Shown here in pieces: positions 13,772-25,607 of a DNA stretch of 64,000 nucleotides (positions are counted from its first letter, which is position 1; every line of letters begins with the position of its first letter). Source of the stretch: Octopus sinensis. Lineage: Eukaryota. The position numbers and the translations under genes were made by a program. A model generated the notes under the pieces. That model was not told the DNA's origin. It worked only from the letters and a program-made list of their open reading frames with translations, and did not search any database. The stretch is taken from positions 41,664,001 through 41,728,000 of the forward strand of contig NC_043000.1 of the NCBI RefSeq assembly GCF_006345805.1. Direction: 5' to 3'.

Positions 13772-14613
13772 CATGGGTGATGGTAAGAAGCTTTCTTCCC
13801 AACCACATGGTTCCGAGTTCAGTCCCACTGCGTGGCACCTTCGGGAGAGTCTACTACTATAAGCCTCGAGCTGACTAAAGCCCTGTGAGTGAATTTGGTA
13901 GACGGAAACTGAAAGAAGCCCGTCGAGTATATTTATATATGTATATATATATACATTATATATGTGTGCTTTTGTATCCGTTTGTCCCCCCACCATCGCT
14001 TGACAACCGGTTCAGCAAAAGTGACCGATACAATAAGTACTAGGCCTACAAAGAATAAGTCCTGGAGTCGATTTCTTCGACTAAAGACGGTGCTCCATCA
14101 TGGCTGCAGTCAAATGATTGTAACGTGTAAAAGAGTAAAAGAATATATATATACGTTTTAATATGTAATATATATCTGTGCGTATATGTATTTATGTATC
14201 TACTTATCTATCAATATATATTGGTGTGGATGAATGGTAAAAAGCTTGCTTCCCAACCACATCGTTCTGCGTTCAGTTCTACCGCCTCGAGCTGACCAAA
14301 ACCTTGTGAGTGGATTTGATAGACGGAGACTAAAAGAAGCCCGTCGTATACACACATACACACACACACACACACATATATATATGTGTGTGGGGGGTGT
14401 ATGTTTGTATGTCTGTGTTTTCTCCGATCCCCATCATCGCTTGACAACTGATGTTGGTGTGTTTACGTCCCCGAACTTAGTGGTTCAGCAAAAGTGTCCG
14501 ATAGAATAAGTATTAGGCTTCCAAAGAATAAGTCCTGGGGTCGATTTTTTCGACTAAAGGCGGTGCTCCAGCATGGCCACAGTCAGATAACTGAAACATG
14601 TAAAAGAATAAAA

Positions 14614-14616
<3 letters not shown>
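12863..14616 (+). repeat. 907-bp tandem duplication containing 2x2 SINE A copies
   Basis: 12863-13706 repeated at 13770-14616; copies are nearly identical except for small indels. Confidence 0.95.
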
Positions 14617-14690
<74 letters not shown>

Positions 14691-15256
14691 CATACATACA
14701 TACATACATACATACATACATACATACATACATACATACATACATAAGTATACACCTATATAAACACCTACATTCATAAATTCCATATGCATTTACACAT
14801 ATCCTTACATATAAATGTATGTTGCTTGCATGTATAAACGGACACATACGCGTACAGACACACACACCACACGCACCCACATACATCCGCAGAAAACATA
14901 CATTCATGTATACATATAGGGGGGACACAACACATACTCGTGCGACTAATATTAAATTTGAGACATTAGAAAGAATCTCTCCTCTGAATAAGCCATCATT
15001 AAACTATATAAAAGAAAGGACAAGCCTAATGATTAATTAAACTGTTACCTGATTACTATCACAGCCTTCTAAGTTTCGTATTACGACGTAATCCTTTAAA
15101 TACGTTGCCACTATGATTATAGGTTCTTCACTCTACTCGACACCAATCCCTCTCCTCCTCCTACTCCTCGACATCGTCATCGCCATCGTCGTCGTCGTCG
15201 TCCTCCTCCTCCTCATCATCATCACCATCATCATCATAATCATCATCATTAACATA

Positions 15257-15470
15257 GGCGAGCTGGCAGAATCGTTAGCACGTCGGGCAAAATGCTTCAC
15301 GTCATTTCGTCCGTGTTTATGTTCTCAGTTCGAATTCCGCCGAGGTCGACTTACCTTTTTATTCATCTGAGGTCGATAAAATAAGAACCAGTTGAATACT
15401 GGGGTGGATGTAATCGACTCACATCCTACCCTGAAATTCCTAGCCTTGTGTCAGAATTTGAAACCATTAA
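15257..15470 (+). mobile_element. SINE family C
   Basis: GGCGAGCTGGCAGAATCGTTAGC head, B box and central domain. Confidence 0.85.
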
Positions 15471-15524
15471 TATTCTTTTCTACTCTAGGTACAAGGCCTG
15501 AAATTTTTTGAGGAGGGGTTCGAT

Positions 15525-16035
15525 ATAAAACAGGTTGGCTGCTTGATTCTCTGAGATTGGTCAAATTGATGTACACGCCACGGATGAGGATCCAATAAAA
15601 TTCGAAAATCAGTTAAGGCTTTTCATCATTTTTTTTTCTTCAGACTACGGAGAAATAAGTAAATTAGCTTTATTTATAAAGGTTCTACACAGGTTACATA
15701 TATTATATCATACCCTGATCCTGATATTATAACATATCCTGATACTGTGGACTGAGATCCTCGTTGACAGGCCCTTGCTATTAAATAAAGCATTAACACT
15801 AGCAGTAGCAAAATTAGTAGCTCCAGCTTCCTGTAGCTATTGAAATTGTCGAGTATATAAACAATATAAATAGACTGACAACCTGTTTCTCTGGAAATGA
15901 TGAAATTGATGCAGACGCCTCTGATAAGAGTTCAATATGCTTCGAAAATCGATTAATTTTGATATTCTTTTTTTCAGTCTACGGAGAAATAACTAAATTA
16001 GCCTGTCTGTAAATCTACTATGTAGGTTACCTATA
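15525..16035 (+). repeat. Diverged direct repeat (340-bp spacing), each copy with a degenerate hammerhead motif
   Basis: 15577-15619 GCCA-CGGATGA-GGAT..ATTC-GAAA-ATCAGT-TA-AGGC and 15917-15959 GCCT-CTGATAA-GAG..TTC-GAAA-ATCGAT-TA. Confidence 0.6.
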
Positions 16036-16474
16036 TATGATATATACATGCACATGCTTAATCACTGTCTATCTGCATATATTTGTATCTTTGTGTCAAT
16101 CTATTTACTTAACAATCTATTCTCCAAACTTCCATTGTTTGGATTCGTAATCGATATAATTAGGTGATGTTACGAATGTAGGCCTCATGTATAAGTGTGG
16201 GCGTCGTGACACGCTTACTAAAGCATTTGTGCTTGCGTAGATAAATGCATGTGTGTTTGTGTGTGTGTGGATATGTCGGCTCCTTTCTAGAAAAGCGTAG
16301 GTCTATGCAATTGTGAAAGGAAGCCGTCTGTGTACTGGAATGCGTAAAAGTATTTAAATAAAAGCTCGTCTATCATCTATATATATATTTATTTATTTAT
16401 ATATTTGTGTTTTGTTTTATGTATGTCTTCTCATGCATATACGTACTTGCATATCTAAACATGCTCATATATGC

Positions 16475-17195
16475 TTAAATAATAAATTTCCAGAAAGTTT
16501 TACAGACTTTTACAGTTCTAGTGATGGCTTGAATCTGTAGTCTTCGAATTAACTTTCTCCTTTCTGGTTATGCGAAGCTTAATTTCTCAAGGTTGGTATT
16601 TAGGCGGTGTGTTACATACCCCAGTGCCCCAATAATTACAGGTATAAACCTGAACTTGCAATCTGGATTGAGTAACTGCAGATTTCTCAATAGTTCAGCA
16701 TAGGTATTCTTTTTTTCACTGATCTTCAGCTCTATGTTAACATCCACTGTGCAGCTGATTTCCACAACTGCACACAGTTTCTCTTCTCTATCCCAAATGA
16801 TTATGTTAAGTCTATTCTGTTTACATTTTGTTGGGGATTTCTCTGGGGCATTCCACCAGTACTCCTTTTTATTATGAGTAGCTATGCCTTCTACCATACT
16901 CTGGATTCTTATTTCTTTGTCCTCGAATTTATACTTCCGACGGGTTTCATTATATAGTGTCCTAGCTACACCATCATATCTCATCTGTAGATAATACCGT
17001 AATGACATTTTCGGACAACTGCTTATGATGTGGGTGATATCTTCGGTATTAACTCCACAAAGTCTGCATCGGTTGCCACATTTTTTTCTGCTTTTCCTGT
17101 ATCTCTATCCCTTTTGTGCATCAAGTATTTAGTTCATATTTCCTGTTCCTATATTGCAAACGCATATCCTTCAAAGTGAGAGGTAGTAATCCGGT
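16475..17195 (-). mobile_element. R4/Dong-type non-LTR retrotransposon 3' part (CCHC knuckle + restriction-like endonuclease)
   Basis: CRLCGVNTEDITHIISSC, RYD (RHD motif), NRLNIIIWD..VVEISC..EKKNTY..IPVIIGALG; contains stops. Confidence 0.85.
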
Positions 17196-18138
17196 TGTAT
17201 GTACATGTATGTATGTATGAAAATCCAGTCTGATTTTCTATGACTATTTATGTTTTACTTATAGCTTTTATTGCTGAATTCCTACTACTCTTTCTCTGTT
17301 TATGTTGTGTGGACGCCCACAAACGATGAAGTAGGCTAGCCCAATACGTAGATATATAGGGAGAAGCCTAGACGTCAGGAGAGTAGAGGAGCAGAGAGAA
17401 GTTGAGTAGTAGAGGCATCCGAACGTGCGGCATAACAGTTCAAAACCAACGAATGTCTTTTTTTCTCCAGCCTATGAAACTCTGTTCAACATCACTACGA
17501 AACGAATGAATGAAGAAAAAGATGCTATTAAGTACCTAAAGGTAACTGGGACAAATCCCTCCATGAAACACCAGACAGACCATTGACAAATCATTCGGAT
17601 TCATTTCAGCACACATCAAGTCTGTATTAGTGTGAGCTTTAACCTCCCAAATTATCGTTCAAACGACTCCACAATATTAGACTTGGAAGTATATATTAAT
17701 AAACCTGAGTATTTTACTGTGTATGAAAACTGGAAATGTGTGTGTGTGTATGTGTGTGTATGTGTGTGAGTGTGTGTGTGAAAGAGTGAATGTGTGTGAG
17801 GGCACGTGTAAGAGAAAATGTATGCGTGAGTGTATGTGCGTGAGAGTGAAGGAGTATATGTTTGCATATGTGCATCAGAGTGCGATTTTAAATCTAATAC
17901 GAAAAGTAAAGGATGTAACGCAGTAAAAAGATCCATGAAGACCACCACTACCAACAACAATAACAACAACAAAAATAATTGCAATAAGAAAGACAAAAAT
18001 GAGTAACAATTAACACCATCATCCATCTCACCATCACAACCGCGATCTTCACCGTGAAAACCAAACAAACACTAACAATGCATAAAAGGATTTGCTTATC
18101 GAATATTAAATGTAAGGCTAGCCATTAGAAAGTGATAT

Positions 18139-18175
<37 letters not shown>

Positions 18176-18270
18176 CTGACAGTGAAGAGCAGAGATGGAG
18201 AAACAGAGAGATAAAGAGAACGCGTATGTTAATATGGTATAATGTGTATCTTATTGAATATATATGCATA

Positions 18271-18486
18271 CAAGGGCGTGATGAAAAGTTCCTCTGTTTG
18301 AGAGTGCCGCGAAAGGCCAAATTGAAGGCCTAACCTTCCCATTTCTTTTACAGGGCTTAGAAAAAATGAGGGGTCGCTGCAATAAGTGTGTAAATCTGAG
18401 ATGGGAATTTGTTGAATATAATCATAATTAATTGATCCTCCTATATTTTGTTTTACTCAAAGCCAGGAACTTTTCATCACCCCCTC

Positions 18487-18487
<1 letters not shown>
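18271..18487 (+). mobile_element. Mariner-derived MITE
   Basis: TIRs CAAGGGCGTGATGAAAAGTTCCT / AGGAACTTTTCATCACCCCCTCA with TA flanks; internal RCNKCVNLRWEFVE is a mariner C-terminal relic. Confidence 0.8.
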
Positions 18488-18536
<49 letters not shown>

Positions 18537-18869
18537 ACAATTTACATATTTACAATACACACACACACACATACAAGGTGTCCTTAAATAACCTTTACAA
18601 TTTAAGAAAAAAATCAGGAATGAAATGTAAGAATAATACAACAGACTTTTTGGGAAAGCATAGGCAAAGAAATGAAGTTTTATTGGAAACATCTGATCAC
18701 TTCTACGTGATTGCAAGAAGATGATTGGCGGATTATCTAAAGATTAATAGATATGTAGCGATTAGCTTCCTAGATTCTTAGCCAGGATTCGAAAACGAAT
18801 CTACATTTTTCTACTAGTTCCCTTCCTAGTGTTCTCGGCTTTTGCACTTATAAATTTTAAAGTTAAAAT

Positions 18870-19320
18870 TCTTAGGTTACACAGAATTCAGGTAGATAAG
18901 AGACGGAAATCTTTTGTGTAGCTTGACCTAATTTAGTCAGAAAAAATATAAATGCGGAACCCAAATTCGGTTCTTCTTCGCTTAGCTCCTCGCTAGAAGA
19001 GCACATCTATCTGTTTCTTACTTCAAGTATGGTTTGTCTCCGCGTTGCTACACTACTTTCATCCTCTTTACTTATCAGCACATAAAGGTAAATTCTCTTG
19101 CTTTTCTTTCTCTCCCTTTCCCACTCGTCTTCTAGCAATCTCCCACAGATGACGTTAACTACCTACAGAGTGGATAATAGAACTACAAATATTTGTGTAT
19201 AACAACAGCTTGAAGAAGTTGTATCATACTTTGTAACGAACTAATAAACGGTCATTTCAATCAACGTTGCTTTTCTTCTTCTCATTTATTTGCCACAAAT
19301 CGTCAATTTGGCGATACCTA
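18870..19320 (+). mobile_element. Possible LTR remnant
   Basis: TATAAAT (~18947), AATAAA (~19243), then ..TCA-ATT-TGGCGAT (PBS-like). No second LTR and no ORF. Confidence 0.25.
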
Positions 19321-20028
19321 CATGCAAACTTGAGCACATAGTCGTTACAGATACAACAAATTGTGTAAGTTGTACACACAGACACACACAAACATATATA
19401 TATATATACATATGCATGTATGTATGTATGTAAATCATTGTATTAACATAAATTACGAAAATTAAAAAGTGAGAGAAATGTTATGATTGTTTGTATCATT
19501 TAACTTTGATAAATCTTCTGCCAAGATGAATTTTACATGTTTAGCCAAGATTAATTTAATTTTTTAGAGAGCTAAAAAATATTCTCTCGCCAATATTTTG
19601 ATTTTTCGGCGAATCATACACGTTTGATAGCTGGCACACATACACACACACATGCACACACACGCGCACACACATGTGCACGCATATACATATTTACACA
19701 AAAGTGTACAGGCATTCGAGGCACAAGAATTATTTACGAATAAAAGCTTTCAATCACGAGTTTCATTGGATAAAATATGATATATTGGATACTAAAAATT
19801 TCAGTACCCGTTTTACCCTGTTTCATTAGTTCATTGCATATAAATGATAACATAATAACAAAAAGTCTATTTATTACTTTATGCAGGCAGCCTATTTTGA
19901 AATAGATTTCTTACGATATATATGATTTATCTGGGACATATACGTGTTTCTGGAAACCGATGACACTTAAGGGAGAAGAAATGCAAGACTTTCAATCGAG
20001 ATTTTTTGTCCTCTCACCGATGCTTACG

Positions 20029-20070
<42 letters not shown>

Positions 20071-20303
20071 TGAATGGGCTTCAACACGGTTTGAGTCAAA
20101 CGAATTCCATTCAAAAGTATTGCCTGAGAAGATGCGCAATGGGTTTGATCGCGGGACCACCGGGTTTTGCAGTTAACTTCTGAAACACACAGTCATGCAT
20201 TTCGCTGATAAAATAGGTTAATAGGAAATAGATTAAAAAGGATGTAAATTCGATCTCTGATACGGTATATCGCAGATAGTAAAAAGAGAGGAATATGAAA
20301 GAA

Positions 20304-20344
<41 letters not shown>

Positions 20345-20490
20345 AAAGGAAGAGTTAGGTGAAACCAGAAAATGAAGAGGAGAGAGAACAAAAAGTGAAA
20401 ATGAGTTGAAAAGACAGGAAAGAGTGTCATATCACAACAGGCTTGTGATATAATACACACATATATATATATGCACATATACGTACATAC

Positions 20491-20543
<53 letters not shown>

Positions 20544-20566
20544 ATATATATTATATATATATATAC

Positions 20567-20614
<48 letters not shown>

Positions 20615-21369
20615 CATATATACACATAAACATACACACACATATACATATATAGGTACATATACGCACATATACGTACATACAAACACGCACACATACA
20701 TACCATACATACATATACATACATACATACATACATACATACATACATGCATACAAGGAGTGTGACAGAGAAATGAGAAACTAGGAAAGAGTGTGAAGAC
20801 AGTGATGAGAGAGAGGAATGAGCGTCGTGTCACATCCGGAGACCGCGGCATGCCAACCATATCAACTATCACAGCTAAGACCTTTACTTAAAATGATATT
20901 AAGCAATAATACTAAAAACTACATTAACACTAACCAGAGATCGCCTCTATTTGAATGCTGACGAATCGGAATGGCAGCTAATTTGCCTCACAACAATTCT
21001 TACCGTCTTAATAATGGAAGGATACATTGTACAAGAAGCTAAACAATATGCATACATACATACATACATACATACATATCTATGTACGTACATACATACA
21101 CCTACCTACCTAAAGCAAAGTATAACTGAACTTGAGTTCTTGGATAGAGAACGCAAATCCTTAATTAATACATTATAAATGATTACGTTATCTGGGACGA
21201 TAAAAATTTGCAAAACTTTAAGCAAACAAGATGCTTTGCTTTATACCTTTGTGCTAGCAAGCAGTTGGCCGGTCAAAATTTATTCTAAATTAAAAAGATA
21301 AAGGGAATAAAGTACTGAAATTCTCCTTCAATACTAATATTTATTACATGGGGACTAATGTGCAATATA

Positions 21370-22109
21370 GTTTTCAATCTGGCTCCTCCAATTAGGAAAT
21401 GGGAACGTACCTCTTGATGGAAATTATGATATCAGTTTGGCCCATATTGCTATCATGGTGAATTCCCTAGCTAAATTGAAAAACAAGGTATTTCCAGACT
21501 TAAGTAATAATTATAATTCACATAAATGGTTGTGTGAAAGGGCAATTCTTGCACCAAAAAATGAGACAGTAGCAAGGATTAACCATGTTTTAATAAGATT
21601 CCAACAGTTATTAAGAAGTACAAATCAGATGATTCAGTCCTTGAGGAAAATTAAGCTGTTCATTATTCATTAGAGTTCTTTAATTCTCTTGAGCCACCTG
21701 GAACTCCTTCACATAAACTTCTACTGAAGGTAGGAATCCCAATAATGCTTCTAAGAAATTTAGATCCTCCTAAATTGTGCAATGGGACAACGTTGATTGT
21801 GAAGACATTACTAATGTGACAGAAGGTACCATCATCAATGGATGTGCCTCTGGGAAAGAGCCTTTCATTCCAAGAATTCCAATCAAACCAACAGACATGC
21901 CATTTGAGTTCAAATGGACACAATTCCCAGCGTGACTTTGCTTTGCAATGTCTATTAATTAAGCTCAAGGTCTTTGAAATCTACTGGCTTGCTTTTCTCA
22001 TGGTCACATTTATGTTGGTTGCTCCAGGGTAGGTGGTTTGCATTACTTATTTGTCTATGCTCTAAACCAGAGAACAAAGAATGTTGTCTACTCTGAAGCT
22101 CTTACGTAA
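21370..22109 (+). mobile_element. Helitron PIF1-like helicase C-terminal pseudogene fragment
   Basis: [89 protein letters not shown]; frameshifted. Confidence 0.9.
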
Positions 22110-22173
22110 TTTCCTTCAACATATATGGTAGAATTTATCTCCTTTCATAAAAGTGGTAAATTTTGTACTTTTG

Positions 22174-22251
<78 letters not shown>

Positions 22252-23328
22252 TCAGGATTGATTTCCCAATTAAGGAATAAATTGTATTCCAATCGAAGAA
22301 TAAATTGAATTTAGAATAACGAATTTCTATACAACATATTTTGCTTTTTTGGGGTTCCATATAAGATTTTATTAAAATTTATTCACAATCAATTGGTTAC
22401 ACTTCTGCAACACGCAAAATATTTTAACATTTTTTAATACAGTTCTTGATAATAGTTAATTATAAAGATATATTATGATTTTTTAAACGTCGAATAACTT
22501 GGGAGGCTGCATCCGAGTGAAATAGAAATCAAAGGGATCCATAGGGAACCCCCCCACACACACACACACAAACAAAATGGTTGAGAAACACTGTACTATA
22601 AGGAGATACACATTTATGAAGAAGCTAAACAATAAAACAGATCAATCATCATGAACATGAACATTAGCAGGAGCAACAATAAGAGTAGAACCGGCAGCGA
22701 TAGCAATAATATCAGCAGCAACCAACTTGTCCACGCGAGAAGCACGAGAATTTTAGCAATGATTGATGATATGTCGCGTCCATCCCACGTGATAGGTGTG
22801 ACTTGAGAGAGCCTATTAAGCCACCTATTGAAAAATATTCTTACCTACTGTTAGGTAGCTCTGACCTTTTTTAAGTGACCTTCTCATTCTGTCATTAGTA
22901 TATTGTTCGTATGAATACGTGAGTGTATGTGCGTGTGCGCGAGCGTTAGTGTGTATATACATTTTTGTTTGTTCGTTCGAAAACCTAACTCTCCACAAAT
23001 TTTATATTTTTAAAATTTCTGGATCTGGATGCTGCTGCCTTATGAAGTTTCCCTATCTTGTCGTTAAATCCTGGAAATAGGGGGTAATAAACAGTCGATA
23101 ACTGAGGAGGAGTTAGACTTCTTTTCGTATTTTGTCCCCTATTTGTCTCTAGTTATGTGTTTGCGTATTTTTCACTCGTTGGTGATGTCTTGTATTTAAT
23201 GTGTATATTTTGTTTATCTAGAACCGAAGGCCACACACCCTTGTCCACAGTATTTCTTACATACATATAGATAGATAGAAAGACAGGTAGATAAATAGAT
23301 AGATATATAGATAGATTGATTGATAGAC

Positions 23329-23407
<79 letters not shown>

Positions 23408-23430
23408 CAGACAGGTAGATAGATAGATAT

Positions 23431-23921
23431 GTTTCTTTATTAGCCACACAGGGCTGCACACAGACAGAACAACTTACAAGGTAGAGCTTTTCTTTTGGGG
23501 GTAAAAAAAGGGGGAGTTGGTTTTCGATCAAAAGGGATCGTAAAAGGAAAGAAAGAGGACAAAAAAGGGGAGGATTTTTAAAAAAAGGGGGGGAGAGGAA
23601 AAAAAGAAAAGGGGAGAGGAAAAAAAGTTGATCAATAGGGATCGTAATCACAGAAATGTCAATATGAAGTGTAAAGGGGAGGACAGGTGAGGTTTACCCG
23701 TGGAAAGAAAAGCCTACGGAAAAGACCACGGTAACCTCGGTCAATGAAGTCACATGTTACGGTGGTTTCGTCATTCATAAGTGCCATCCTTGCTACATTC
23801 ACCCATCTTTTTTTAAAACATTCACTAGACAAAACTTGCCTCTCTACTCTCACTTTCCTCTTCAAGTGATACTTGAAGAAGTTGATGAGAGATTGACCAG
23901 AGAGGAAAGTGTTTGTCTCTA
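23431..23921 (-). mobile_element. L1/Tx1-type LINE 3' end inserted in (GATA)n
   Basis: [34 protein letters not shown] resembles an L1/Tx1 ORF2 C-terminus; pyrimidine-rich 3' UTR ending CAGCCCTGTGTGGCTAATAAAGAAAC; (GATA)n on both sides. Confidence 0.65.
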
Positions 23922-23931
23922 AGATAGATAG

Positions 23932-24035
<104 letters not shown>

Positions 24036-24036
24036 G

Positions 24037-24106
<70 letters not shown>

Positions 24107-25354
24107 CATGCATAAGCATGCACATACATATATACACATGCGTATAAACATATAGGTATAGAGTAACCCCTCGTCATATCGCGGTTCACCTATGGCGGTT
24201 ATTTATTTAAGCTTACGTTGATTCCCTCCCTCTCTTTCTCTGTAATTGGAAAAGAAGGCGGGCATTCGCAAAGACAAAAGGAAAAAAATCCAAAGGGTAA
24301 AATCCAGTGGCTCTGAAATATAAAAACACATTATGCATGGTATAAATACTTACAAATAAATATTCCGGACCGGTTTATCAGAATTCCAACAATTCAGACT
24401 TTACTTAATAAGCGTACAAGTGTGGATGAAGCTACAATTATCTGTTGCATACTTATCTGGTGGACTATATTTGAGAATAAACCTTTCTACATCTTCTCCT
24501 CGACTTACGACCTATCAGTCGACACCGCTTGCTAAAAATCATCACAGATAACCCACATGAAATTATAGTTATAATCTGATTGAATGGAGCTAGGGGTACG
24601 TTAGTGTAACGGTAGTACACGTCGCGAAAACATAGAAGTATGAATTTGCGTCCCACGTGTACAGACAACACTATTTTGTTTTCAGTCGAGGACTTATATA
24701 CTCCAATAATAGACAATTTACGTTAGTCAATGCACAGTGAGCGCTTATAAGCTTTAAGCTTATAAAATAGTATTATTTACAGATTTGTAAAATCGACACC
24801 GCTTAACAAAATCATGTAGTATCTTGTAGCTTCAAGATCTTGAAGATATAATTATTTATTTTTAGAATGACATGGCAAGGTAGGTGCGAGAGGCTGAATC
24901 CAGTCATTTAAACATAAAGGCAGTAGAATATTTGGATCAGATATGGCCGATTTAAATGCTAAAGGCTCAAACAGACTTCAATTGTATGATAGCACTATAG
25001 CTAAATAAACTGATGCTTATGAAAGAAATTAATGTTTAGAAGAGAATTTTTAAATAAAGGATTTAGACATAGGAAAAAAATAATCTGTATTATTGATATT
25101 GAAAATAACTTTTTGAATTTTTATTGTCCAACTCTAAGGCGTAAACAATTATATCAGATTAAGTAAACTGAACTACTTTTTATATATCACTCTTCACTCT
25201 CCGACGGCCAGAAACGAGAAACCTTGTGAAAGGATATCTGCACTTTCAAGTTTCAGTAAAATATAATGTATAACACTACTTTTTACATCGCGTAGTCCTT
25301 TTCCGGTCATTATTTAAACCCAAGTGTTTTTACACACTCGCACGCTCACCCCAC

Positions 25355-25392
<38 letters not shown>

Positions 25393-25444
25393 CACACACC
25401 TGTACGTCGTGTGCATAATGTTACATATATATCTATTTCTCACG

Positions 25445-25475
<31 letters not shown>

Positions 25476-25607
25476 GATGTTTCTGGGACATATACGTGTT
25501 TCTGAAACTGATGAAACTTAAGGAATATGAAATGCAAGCTTTTCAATCGAGATAAATCACAGTCCCAATTTACCCAAAATGTTGTTTATACGTGCTCAAC
25601 TTCATAA

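Noticed and set aside
3597-17195. The two R4-type fragments as one split element
   Set aside because: On the minus strand the 3' (endonuclease) piece lies upstream of the 5' piece, which is the wrong order; treated as independent insertions.
21370-22109. Host PIF1 helicase gene
   Set aside because: Intronless, frameshifted, C-terminal only, with Helitron-type motifs.
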